Shown in pieces: positions 1-6,966 of a DNA stretch of 38,361 bases. The position numbers were made by a program, and so were the translations under genes. The notes below the pieces were generated by a model. It was not told the DNA's origin. It did no database searches and saw only the letters and a list, made by a program, of their open reading frames with translations. Origin of the DNA: a virus. The stretch covers positions 1-38,361 of the IMG/VR virus record IMGVR_UViG_3300045988_175547; one strand, 5' to 3'. How positions within the stretch are numbered: position 1 is the stretch's first letter; each line of letters opens with the position of its first letter.

Positions 1-78
1 CGCTCGGTCTCCGGCAGAAGCGTCGTGAGGTCGTAGAAGGTGCGGTAGAAGTTCATCCGCTTTTCCTCAGCCATCGTC
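1..78. repeat. Exact 78-nt copy of the last 78 nt of the window (38284..38361): circular-assembly overlap or terminal redundancy
   Basis: Direct comparison shows bases 1-78 equal 38284-38361. The repeat contains the start codon (74 = 38357, minus strand) of the replisome-organizer-like CDS. So 1..74 is a duplicated 5' gene fragment, not a separate gene. Confidence 0.9.
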
Positions 79-522
79 CTCACCTCTGAACCTTGTCGTA
101 TCGAGGTCACTCTTGCCGAGGTTGCATTCGGCGCAAGCCGTCACGAGGTTGCTCATGTCGCTCGTGCCGCCCTTTGATACGGGCACAATGTGATCTATGT
201 GCAGCTCCGCTCTCGGCGCTTTAGCCCCGCAGTACTGGCATGTGTAGCCGTCGCGCTCAAGTACCATGTAACGTGTTCTAGCCGGTATCGGGTCACGCTT
301 CCCGTAGGCCTGCTGGCCCGTTGAGCCTCCTGCGATAATCCTCGCCCTGCTGGTTTCCAGATCGTGGCGCATGGCCTCCCATGCGATCTTCTGCATCGTG
401 TGAAGCCTTTTCGGTTCCTCGCCGGTTCTGAGATAGCGGGCGATGGCGCCGAGAAGAACGTTGCCATCCTTCTCGGCGGGTAGGCTCAAGGCAACGTCGA
501 TGAAGCCGTCCTTGATTTGCAT
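67..522 (-). CDS. HNH endonuclease with N-terminal helical domain
   Basis: The C-terminus YTCQYCGAKAPRAELHIDHIVPVSKGGTSDMSNLVTACAECNLGK is a classic HNH motif flanked by CxxC pairs. The ORF-track start at 525 is TTG; an ATG lies at 522. The stop overlaps the next gene start by 8 nt. Confidence 0.85.
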   Translation of the reverse strand: MQIKDGFIDVALSLPAEKDGNVLLGAIARYLRTGEEPKRLHTMQKIAWEAMRHDLETSRARIIAGGSTGQQAYGKRDPIPARTRYMVLERDGYTCQYCGAKAPRAELHIDHIVPVSKGGTSDMSNLVTACAECNLGKSDLDTTRFRGEDDG

Positions 523-531
523 CAATGCCCC

Positions 532-1092
532 CTAGAACGGGATGTCGCCGTCGTAGAGCTCCGGCTGGACCGGCTGCGGCGCGTAGGCCTGCGGGGCCGC
601 CTGCGGGGCCGCCTGCGGGGCCTGGGCGGGCGCCTGGGGCCGCTGCGGGGTCGTCGCGGGCGGGTTCCGGTACGCCTGCTGCGCGGACCACTGGGGCGCG
701 GGCTGCGGCGCGTAGGCCTGCGGGCGCTCCGCGACGTAGGGCGGGTTGCCCTGCTCCGCGTGCTGGCGGCTGCTCATGAGCTCGATCTCGTCCACGATCA
801 CCTCGAGCTTGCTGCGGCGCTGGCCGTCCTTCTCCCAGCTCGAATAGCGCAGCTTGCCCTCGATCGCGACCTTCGTCCCCTTGGAGAGGTAGCGGCTCAC
901 GGCCTCGGCGCGGTTGCCGAACATCGTGCAGTCCACGAAGTTCGGGTAGTCCTCCCATTCGCCGGTCTGCTGGTTGCGGCGGCGGTCGTTCACCGCCACG
1001 CCGAAGCCCAGCACCTGCATGCCGCCCGCGGTGGCGCGCAGCTCCGGGTCGCGGGTGAGGTTCCCGCTGATGTTCACTCGGTTGATCGACAT
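532..1092 (-). CDS. ssb: Single-stranded DNA-binding protein
   Basis: OB-fold SSB motifs are present (NRVNISGNLTRDPELR, GKLRYSSWEKDG). A Pro/Gln/Ala-rich linker is followed by the acidic tail DGDIPF. Confidence 0.95.
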   Translation of the reverse strand: MSINRVNISGNLTRDPELRATAGGMQVLGFGVAVNDRRRNQQTGEWEDYPNFVDCTMFGNRAEAVSRYLSKGTKVAIEGKLRYSSWEKDGQRRSKLEVIVDEIELMSSRQHAEQGNPPYVAERPQAYAPQPAPQWSAQQAYRNPPATTPQRPQAPAQAPQAAPQAAPQAYAPQPVQPELYDGDIPF

Positions 1093-1440
1093 CTAGTAAC
1101 TCCCTTCGCCCGTCCCGTTCGACCAGGTGCGCTTCATGTCCTCGTCGACGGTTCGGATCTTGAGCTTGTATACGTTTATCGCCTCTTGGCTCGCCTTGTA
1201 GAGCGCTTCGGAGCAGTCCCTGCGCTGCTTCAGCTCGGCTATGTCCTCCCGGCCTCGGCAGAGGTCGCTTATCACCGTCACGGGCGTGCCCTTGGACCGC
1301 TCCTCAAGGATCGCGACGCGCAGCGCCTTGCGGTACTCGGCCTCGTTCTCGGCGTACTGGCTCCCGCTGTTGCGCAGCGCCTGGAGCTCGTCCATGAGCC
1401 TGTCGAAGAGCTGCATGCGCTCGGCGTAGAGGTCTTGCAT
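1093..1440 (-). CDS. Hypothetical protein of the recombination module
   Basis: This 115-aa ORF has coding-like composition and its stop directly abuts the ssb ATG. No motif recognised. Confidence 0.6.
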   Translation of the reverse strand: MQDLYAERMQLFDRLMDELQALRNSGSQYAENEAEYRKALRVAILEERSKGTPVTVISDLCRGREDIAELKQRRDCSEALYKASQEAINVYKLKIRTVDEDMKRTWSNGTGEGSY

Positions 1441-1443
1441 CGC

Positions 1444-2013
1444 CTACACGACCTGCCATGCGGGGGACGGGCAGCACCCGGGGTTGGCCTTGAACTGCTC
1501 GTACTGCTGGCGGCTCTCGAACTGGTAGGAGGTGCCGCAGCTCTTGCACTTCGCGACGAACTGGCCGAACTCGGGCGGCTCCTTCTCGGCGGGCTTCTCG
1601 GTTCCCATGAGGGTGTCCGGGTCGCTCGTGCCGTCTATGTCGAAAGCTCCGCAGAGCGCGTACTTTCTGGCATAGCTGGATGCGCTGCCCGTGACCTGCG
1701 CCTCGTTCATTCCCTTCTGGCTCAGAGGCTCGCGGGCGTAGGCCGTAACGTCCAGGGGATCGCCGTGGCCGTCCTCGAAGAACAGGCGGCACGTGGCCTT
1801 GACGTAGTAGCGCTCGCCGATCTGCTCGATGCTGTCGTTGAGCGTGAAGGCTATGCCCGCCTCCTTGCACGGCTCCTTGAGCGCCGCCACGATGTCCTCC
1901 ATCGAGCGATAGTAGAAGTTGCCGTGGGCGTTGTAGCGTGCCTTTGGCACCACCACGGATCGCTGCACCTGGGCCACTGCCTCGGCCAGCGTCATGTGCT
2001 TGTCTTCTGCCAT
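1444..2013 (-). CDS. erf: ERF-family single-strand annealing protein
   Basis: ERF-like motifs are present (YNAHGNFYYRSMEDI, GSASSYARKYALCGAFDI). The gene sits in the common DUF1351-ERF-SSB order. The C-terminal tail is Cys-rich (CKSCG...CCP). Confidence 0.85.
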   Translation of the reverse strand: MAEDKHMTLAEAVAQVQRSVVVPKARYNAHGNFYYRSMEDIVAALKEPCKEAGIAFTLNDSIEQIGERYYVKATCRLFFEDGHGDPLDVTAYAREPLSQKGMNEAQVTGSASSYARKYALCGAFDIDGTSDPDTLMGTEKPAEKEPPEFGQFVAKCKSCGTSYQFESRQQYEQFKANPGCCPSPAWQVV

Positions 2014-2016
2014 CGT

Positions 2017-3024
2017 CTACTCCGTCCTCTCTGCCACCTGGGCGGGCGTGCCCCGGCGGATGCTTCCGGTGATCCCCTGCGCCTTGAGCAGGGATGCCAG
2101 GCGCTCCATCTGCGATCGCGTCGCGCTAGGCACCTCGACCGTCCATGCCTCCAAAGGCTCGGCGACCGGCGCGGGCGTCGGTGCCGGCGCGGGCGCGGGC
2201 ATGGGGGCCGGCGCGGGCGCGGGCATGGGGGCCGGCGCGGGCATCGGCTCAGGCTCCGCGATCGGCTCGGGCTCTGGTTCCGGTTCCGGCTCGGGTTCGG
2301 GCATCGGCTCAGGCTCGGGTGCCATGGCGGCCTTCAGCTCGGCGATGCGCCGGTCCTCCTCGTCGGCCAAACGCGCCGCGTTCAAGGCGGCTCCGAGGTC
2401 GAGCGTGCGGAAGAACTCGCGCTCCGCGTCGGCGTAGTGCGGCATGGCCTCCTGCTGGGCCTTGAGCGTCTCCCAGTCGCGGGCCACGTCCGAGACCTTG
2501 GCCTCGAGCGCCTGCTGCGCCTTTATCTCGCCGAAGGTCTTGTTGAGCCACTGGTCCTCGTGCAGGCGCTCGTACGGCACCACCGGAACCAGAAGCCCCG
2601 CGAACTCCTCGTAGTGCTGCTGTAGGCGCGAGTAGAGCGCGTCCTTGCGCGCCTGCTCGGCCTCGTCAAGCTGCGCCTTGATGGCATCGGAGGACTCGTC
2701 GATGATGGCCGTGATCCGCTTGCAGCGCCTCTCGAATGCGTCGAGCGGTTTGCTGTACTCGCGCTTCACGGCCTTGCGGCGCTCCTCGATCTCCTTCTTG
2801 ATGCCGTTGAGGTAGCTGCGGTCGTGCTTGGCCTCCTTGACGGCCTGTGCGCTGGTGAGGTCGTAGACTGCGCCGTCGTACTCGGACACCACCTTGCGCA
2901 CGTGGGCCTCGAGCGCATCGAAGTTCGACGCGATCGTCGCCTCGGTGTATGTCACCTCGAGTGTGGTGGCCTTGTTCTCGATCACCTCGGCCTCGACCTC
3001 CTGCGCGGCCTGCTCCCTATCCAT
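2017..3024 (-). CDS. DUF1351-like phage protein with PEPEP/PAPAP low-complexity linker
   Basis: The coiled-coil N-terminal two-thirds resembles DUF1351 proteins that accompany ERF. A (PE)n/(PA)n tract is encoded by GC-rich tandem repeats at about 2160..2320. Confidence 0.65.
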   Translation of the reverse strand: MDREQAAQEVEAEVIENKATTLEVTYTEATIASNFDALEAHVRKVVSEYDGAVYDLTSAQAVKEAKHDRSYLNGIKKEIEERRKAVKREYSKPLDAFERRCKRITAIIDESSDAIKAQLDEAEQARKDALYSRLQQHYEEFAGLLVPVVPYERLHEDQWLNKTFGEIKAQQALEAKVSDVARDWETLKAQQEAMPHYADAEREFFRTLDLGAALNAARLADEEDRRIAELKAAMAPEPEPMPEPEPEPEPEPEPIAEPEPMPAPAPMPAPAPAPMPAPAPAPTPAPVAEPLEAWTVEVPSATRSQMERLASLLKAQGITGSIRRGTPAQVAERTE

Positions 3025-3478
3025 GGATCTCTCCCGTCTTCTCGTCGGTCGTTATGGTTATCTCTGTTCTCGGGTTCGCCTTGTCGATGGCGAACGCGGT
3101 GTCGTACGGGGTGCACAGGTTCCAGGTGTCGTTCGGTATCACGCCCGCTATCTGGAGCGCGTCGAGGACGAACTTCTTTGCGAACGCCACGTTGTCCTTG
3201 TCGGTGCGCCTGTCCGGCCTGTACCAGGCGAAGAGCACGGTCACGGGCTCGGTGAAGCTCGGGTGCTCCCCCAGCGCGGCGAGCACCTGCTCGTGCGCCC
3301 TCCTCTTCAGGCTCGCGGCGGCGAACCGGTTGGCGCGTTCGACCCGGATGAAGTCGTTCAGGCTGGGGAGCTTCCCGGGGACGGAAAAGGCGAAGCGCTC
3401 AAGCTGCCCTTGCGCCCTCGGGCACCGGCGGCCCGATGTGTGGAAGCTGGGGGCGCTCGCTTTCTTTTCGGTCTGCAT
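3017..3478 (-). CDS. rusA: RusA-family Holliday junction resolvase
   Basis: The product aligns by eye to E. coli RusA: LPSLND, PVTVLFAWYRPDRRTDKDNVAFAKKFVLDALQIAGVIPND, RTEITIT. An AAGGAGAAGG RBS precedes the ATG. Confidence 0.8.
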   Translation of the reverse strand: MQTEKKASAPSFHTSGRRCPRAQGQLERFAFSVPGKLPSLNDFIRVERANRFAAASLKRRAHEQVLAALGEHPSFTEPVTVLFAWYRPDRRTDKDNVAFAKKFVLDALQIAGVIPNDTWNLCTPYDTAFAIDKANPRTEITITTDEKTGEIHG

Positions 3479-3506
3479 ATCCTTCTCCTTTCATTGTTTT
3501 CGCAGG

Positions 3507-3887
3507 TCAATCCTGGTGTGGCTTTTGGGGTGGCTTTTTTGAAACTTTTTTCGCTCGGCTCTTGGCCGAATAATGGCGCTGCCGCTCGCGGTCGTTCCTC
3601 TTCGCCCTCGCGGCCTCTTCCCTCATCGCGTCGGCCTGCTCCTTGAGGTCTGACATGTGAAGCTCCTTGGTGCACTCGACGCACCAGCCGTTGACCCGGT
3701 TCAGCGGCTTGAAGGTCATGCGCCCGCAGTTGGGGCACTGCCAGCGTCGCCGCAGCGAGATGCCGCAGTTGCGCGCCTGCCACTTCACCGCATCGGTCGA
3801 GCGTCCGAGGGCCCTGGCTATGTTCCTTGCGCCGTCCCCGGCGTGCTCCCCGAGGTATCTGAGCTCACGTGTGGACCACTGCCTCAC
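3507..3887 (-). CDS. Hypothetical DNA-binding protein (HTH-like N-terminus, CxxC..CxxC zinc ribbon, basic tail)
   Basis: GTG start. Recognisable elements are ARNIARALGRSTDAVKWQARN, CPNCG...CVEC and a Lys/Arg-rich C-terminus. Confidence 0.6.
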   Translation of the reverse strand: MRQWSTRELRYLGEHAGDGARNIARALGRSTDAVKWQARNCGISLRRRWQCPNCGRMTFKPLNRVNGWCVECTKELHMSDLKEQADAMREEAARAKRNDRERQRHYSAKSRAKKVSKKPPQKPHQD

Positions 3888-3909
3888 GCCCTCCGCGCCT
3901 CCCTTCCCG

Positions 3910-4059
3910 TCACAGCCCCCACAGCACGGCCGCCGCGAGCGCCGCGGCCACGGCCAGCGCCGTGAGCGCGCCCCAGGCGAAGCCCGAGGCGAAGATGCGC
4001 CGCTCCCTCGCGAGCCTCACGTCCGAGGGCAGAGCGTAGTGCCTTCCCTGGTCTCTCAA
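3910..4059 (-). CDS. Small predicted membrane protein (about 49 aa)
   Basis: An internal TTG at 4059 is preceded by a GGAGG RBS. The C-terminal hydrophobic segment is FAWGALTALAVAAALAAAVLWGL. The upstream part of the 78-aa ORF is Arg/Ser-rich and looks non-coding. Confidence 0.4.
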   Translation of the reverse strand: MRDQGRHYALPSDVRLARERRIFASGFAWGALTALAVAAALAAAVLWGL

Positions 4060-4069
4060 CGCGTACCTC

Positions 4070-4189
4070 CTAGCAGCGCCCAAGCGCCCTCGCGACGGCG
4101 ATGACCGCCGCCTCGAACAGCTGGATGCCAGCCATGAGGAGGCCACCCGAGGCGAGCAGGATCAGGCCGCGCAGCGCTCTCTCATCCAT
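4070..4189 (-). CDS. Small predicted membrane protein (39 aa, below ORF-track cutoff)
   Basis: Hand translation gives MDERALRGLILLASGGLLMAGIQLFEAAVIAVARALGRC. A GGAGGTGG RBS lies 4 nt upstream of the ATG. The ORF fills the gap between neighbouring genes. Confidence 0.45.
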   Translation of the reverse strand: MDERALRGLILLASGGLLMAGIQLFEAAVIAVARALGRC

Positions 4190-4202
4190 CTGTCCACCTC
4201 CA

Positions 4203-4442
4203 TCACGCCGTCTCCCTTCTCCTCATGTATTCCGGTATCGCGGACGTCCTTATGAGCGTCTTCGACCTCCCGACCCGCATCTGCGGGATGGGGTCGGCGC
4301 GGCTCCTCACGTACTCGTACATGCGGTCGCGCCCGATGCCAGCGAGCTTGGCGGCCTGCTCCACGCTCACGTAGAGCGGCAGCCCCGGCGGCACGGGCCA
4401 GGTGCCGGACGGGATGCCCGATGCGGGCTCCTTGTCTTCCAT
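4203..4442 (-). CDS. Excisionase-family / MerR-type HTH DNA-binding protein (candidate Xis)
   Basis: VSVEQAAKLAGIGRDRMYEYVRS...IPQMRVGRSKTLIRTSAIPEYM matches the HTH_17 excisionase-like pattern. Confidence 0.65.
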   Translation of the reverse strand: MEDKEPASGIPSGTWPVPPGLPLYVSVEQAAKLAGIGRDRMYEYVRSRADPIPQMRVGRSKTLIRTSAIPEYMRRRETA

Positions 4443-4452
4443 GGTCCCCCCC

Positions 4453-4662
4453 CTACAGCCGGTCGCTGGACGCGACGTCGCGCATGAGCGCGCGCAGCGA
4501 GTCGCCCGTCACGCATACCGGCGCGCCGTCGACGTCGACGAACTCCTCGCCGCCGCGCATGGAGTAGGCGAGCGGCCTCTCGCGCAGCCAGTCGTACCGG
4601 CCGCCGCCGAACTCGGCGAGCGCCGCGCTCAGGGCGCGGACGAATCCCTCTTTGTCTTCCAT
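4453..4662 (-). CDS. Hypothetical early protein
   Basis: This 69-aa ORF has a strong AAGGAGGA RBS. No motif recognised. Confidence 0.6.
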   Translation of the reverse strand: MEDKEGFVRALSAALAEFGGGRYDWLRERPLAYSMRGGEEFVDVDGAPVCVTGDSLRALMRDVASSDRL

Positions 4663-4694
4663 GGGTTCCTCCTTGACATTCGGCTAAACCGAAT

Positions 4695-4910
4695 CTAGTC
4701 GACAAAAAAATTTGAGATTCCTTCGACAAGGATTCGCTTGCCGAGGTCGGTCAGACAGTCGTGAAGCCCCATCAGCTCGCATAGGCGAAACTGGTCGGGA
4801 TGCTGCTCTCTTTGCAGGTAAGTGACTTTAGAAAGCCCGCAAACAGTGGCAGCCTCCTCAACGGTGACCTTGGATGCTCGGCGGGCCGCGCCGATTACGT
4901 CGTCGTTCAT
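4695..4910 (-). CDS. Cro-like XRE-family HTH regulator
   Basis: HTH segment: VTVEEAATVCGLSKVTYLQREQ. It is the first gene of the leftward early operon and is divergent from the CI-like gene. Confidence 0.75.
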   Translation of the reverse strand: MNDDVIGAARRASKVTVEEAATVCGLSKVTYLQREQHPDQFRLCELMGLHDCLTDLGKRILVEGISNFFVD

Positions 4911-5022
4911 TAGCCTCCTTTCGTTGATTTTAGTATATACGTCCTTCGGTTAAACGCAATAAGTTTTTTGGAAAACCTAATTTACCGATTGTATAATTCG
5001 GTTTAGATGGAACGGAGGCAAG
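4911..5022. promoter_or_regulatory. Divergent immunity-switch region (candidate P_cro, P_cI and operators)
   Basis: Plus strand: TTGGAA (4968..4973), 18-nt spacer, TATAAT (4992..4997), upstream of cI. Minus strand: TTGCGT (4954..4959), 16-nt spacer, TATACT (4932..4937), upstream of cro. TTCGG-containing repeats at 4945..4959 and 4997..5011 overlap these promoter elements. Confidence 0.6.
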
Positions 5023-5685
5023 ATGGGTATCCCCGAGAACATAGATGCTTTGCTGGTTAAGTTCGACATCACGCAGGAAGCTCTGGCGAGAATTGCCGGG
5101 GTTGCTCCCTCTTCGGTGAATGGCTGGAGAAACGGAGCGGTGCCAAGAAAAAACGCTATTGAGCGCATGTGCGAGGCACTGGAGATTTCAAGAGATGACA
5201 TCATGTCCGACGAGTATGGCCTCGCCGCCAAGGAACACGGGCGTTACGCCATACCCGACGGCGCCATGCCCGTGGTCCCGTCCTCCGCGACCGTCCCGCT
5301 GCTCACCCTCGGCCGCGTCCACGCCGGGGCCATGACGGACGAGGAGGAGGTCGCGCACCGCGTCGAGGTCCCCGCCTCGGTGTGCGAGAACCACCCGCGC
5401 GCCTTCGCGCTGGAGGTCGAGGGGGACTGCATGGACCGCGTCATACCGGAGGGCAGCCACGTGCTGGTCGACCCGGACCGCGAGCCGGGCAACGGCTCCA
5501 TCGCGGTGGTCGAGACCGAGGCGTACCGCGCGGTCATGCGCCGCTGGTACCGGGGGAGCAGCACGCTGATGCTCACGGCCGACAGCCACGCCGAGCAGGA
5601 GGACATGGTCTTCGGGCCGGAGGACGGCCCCGTGCGCGTGGTCGGCACGGTGGTGTGGTGGCAGGCACCGGCGGAGATGGAGTAG
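5023..5685 (+). CDS. CI/LexA-like repressor (XRE HTH + S24 peptidase-like domain with non-canonical catalytic positions)
   Basis: The N-terminal HTH is ITQEALARIAGVAPSSVNGWRNG. The C-terminal S24 fold reads VEGDCMDRVIPEGSHVLVDPD...AVMRRWY. GDCM replaces GDSM and RR sits where the catalytic Lys is expected. Confidence 0.85.
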   Translation: MGIPENIDALLVKFDITQEALARIAGVAPSSVNGWRNGAVPRKNAIERMCEALEISRDDIMSDEYGLAAKEHGRYAIPDGAMPVVPSSATVPLLTLGRVHAGAMTDEEEVAHRVEVPASVCENHPRAFALEVEGDCMDRVIPEGSHVLVDPDREPGNGSIAVVETEAYRAVMRRWYRGSSTLMLTADSHAEQEDMVFGPEDGPVRVVGTVVWWQAPAEME

Positions 5686-5712
5686 AGGATATGACGGAGA
5701 AAGGAGTCTGAA

Positions 5713-6576
5713 ATGCCGCCAAAGGAAACAATCGAGAAGATCAACGCACTCGGAATAGCCATCGGAATCTCATCGACCGGGGGCGATGACGATTACATAT
5801 CGCTTACGGACATCGCGAGGTACAAGAGCGACGAGCCGAAGATGGTGGTCCAGAACTGGATGAGGAACAGGAACACCATCGAATTCCTCGGTGTCTGGGA
5901 ATCGCTTCACAACCCAGATTTTAAAGGCATCGAATTCGATGCCTTTAGGGAGCAGGCCGGTCTCAACTCCTTCACCCTGACGCCCACGAAGTGGGTTGCG
6001 GAGACCAACGCCATCGGCATGAGGACGAAAAGGGGCAGGTACGCAAGCGGGACGTATGCTCACAAGGACATCGCGTTCGAGTTCGCATCGTGGATCTCGC
6101 CGGAGTTCAAGTTATACGTCATAAAGGACTACCAACGCCTGAAGAACGACGAGAACAGCAGGATTTCTGGCGAGTGGAATGAGAAGCGGCTGTTCACGAA
6201 GATCAACTATCGCATTCACACCGATGCGGTGAAGGAGCACCTGGAACCGCTTGCCAGGGGCAAGGCGAAACAGTTCGTCTATGCCAATGAGGCCGATGTT
6301 CTGAACGTCGCTCTGTTCGGAATGACGGCAAGACAGTGGCGCGATGCCAATCCTGCTGAAAAGGGGAACGTCAGGGATGGCGCGACGCTGCACCAGCTCA
6401 TTGTGCTCGCAAACCTTGAGAGCATGAACGCGCAGCTCATCAAGGAGGGGCATTCCAGAGAGGAGAGGGTTGTCTACCTGAGGGAAATGGCCTCCCAACA
6501 GCTTGACGCGCTGATGGAGAATCCGACTATCAGGTCGCTTGGCGGGGCCGTCCTTCCTCCTGCTGCGGAGGAATAG
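5713..6576 (+). CDS. KilA-N domain protein
   Basis: ISLTDIARYKS...GTYAHKDIAFEFASWISPEFKLYVIKDY is the KilA-N DNA-binding domain pattern. The gene has an AAAGGAG RBS and lower GC than the cI gene. Confidence 0.8.
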   Translation: MPPKETIEKINALGIAIGISSTGGDDDYISLTDIARYKSDEPKMVVQNWMRNRNTIEFLGVWESLHNPDFKGIEFDAFREQAGLNSFTLTPTKWVAETNAIGMRTKRGRYASGTYAHKDIAFEFASWISPEFKLYVIKDYQRLKNDENSRISGEWNEKRLFTKINYRIHTDAVKEHLEPLARGKAKQFVYANEADVLNVALFGMTARQWRDANPAEKGNVRDGATLHQLIVLANLESMNAQLIKEGHSREERVVYLREMASQQLDALMENPTIRSLGGAVLPPAAEE

Positions 6577-6667
6577 GCCTCACCGCGGGAGTATGCCAGC
6601 GGTGCTGGAGTTCACGGAGCTTCTAGAGATCACCGAGGGCGTCAAGCTCCGGTAGGCCGTCACTTTC

Positions 6668-6740
6668 GACGGACAACTCGATTTGTCCGTCAGAAGTGGC
6701 TGAATTTGACGGACAACTCGATTTGTCCGTCAGAAGTGGC
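6668..6740. repeat. Two tandem exact copies (6668..6700, 6708..6740) of a 33-nt unit, each with a 9-bp-stem palindrome
   Basis: GACGGACAACTCGATTTGTCCGTCAGAAGTGGC occurs twice with a 40-nt period. Inside each copy, GACGGACAA and TTGTCCGTC pair around a 6-nt centre. Confidence 0.9.
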
Positions 6741-6828
6741 AGGCGATGTTGATTCTGCTTGGAGGCTGGATAGACGGGCACGCTACTTTGTCCGGGCGGG
6801 GCGGCATGCTCGGGCTCGGAGGTGCCAT

Positions 6829-6933
6829 ATGTTCGGGAGGTTCGTCTTGGATTCGAAGACCGTTACCGTCCAGTTTGGTGGCCAGGCCGAGGCGGTCGAT
6901 ATCGGAACGTTCACCAGGATGTTGCTAGATTAA
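6829..6933 (+). CDS. Small ORF (34 aa) upstream of the DinD-like gene
   Basis: A GGAGG RBS (6818..6822) lies 6 nt before the ATG. The product is MFGRFVLDSKTVTVQFGGQAEAVDIGTFTRMLLD. It could be a real micro-protein or a gene remnant. Confidence 0.35.
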   Translation: MFGRFVLDSKTVTVQFGGQAEAVDIGTFTRMLLD

Positions 6934-6966
6934 TCGTTCGTTTGTACGGAATTTGGAGGCTGAGAG

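Noticed and set aside
2160-2320. GC-rich tandem repeats (24-nt GCCGGCGCGGGCGCGGGCATGGGG x2 and GGCTC(G/A)GG-type repeats); similar 12-nt repeats at about 585..640
   Set aside because: They are in frame within DUF1351-like and ssb coding sequences and encode PEPEP/PAPAP and AAPQ linkers. They are not CRISPR, VNTR regulatory arrays or iterons.
517-2625. 702-aa plus-strand ORF (with similar long ORFs at 7778..8914 minus, 7822..9006 plus, 10946..11950 plus, 15203..16150 minus, 16738..17649 plus and 36944..37912 plus)
   Set aside because: Their products are Arg/Gly/Ala/Leu-rich and low-complexity. They lie antisense to, or out of frame with, genes that carry clear motifs (ssb, erf, int, lysin, tail genes, DnaC-like). 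These are typical shadow ORFs of high-GC DNA.
6578-6640. 20-codon ORF (MPAVLEFTELLEITEGVKLR) and two weak hairpins just after the KilA-N stop
   Set aside because: It is too short, has no RBS and the hairpins lack T-tracts. It could be a gene remnant but cannot be supported from the sequence alone.
6668-6740. The tandem palindromes as LexA/SOS boxes or as intrinsic terminators of the KilA-N gene
   Set aside because: The sequence does not fit the TCGAAC-N4-GTTCGA or CGAAC-N4-GTTCG consensus, and no T-tract follows either hairpin. It is kept as an unexplained operator-like repeat instead.
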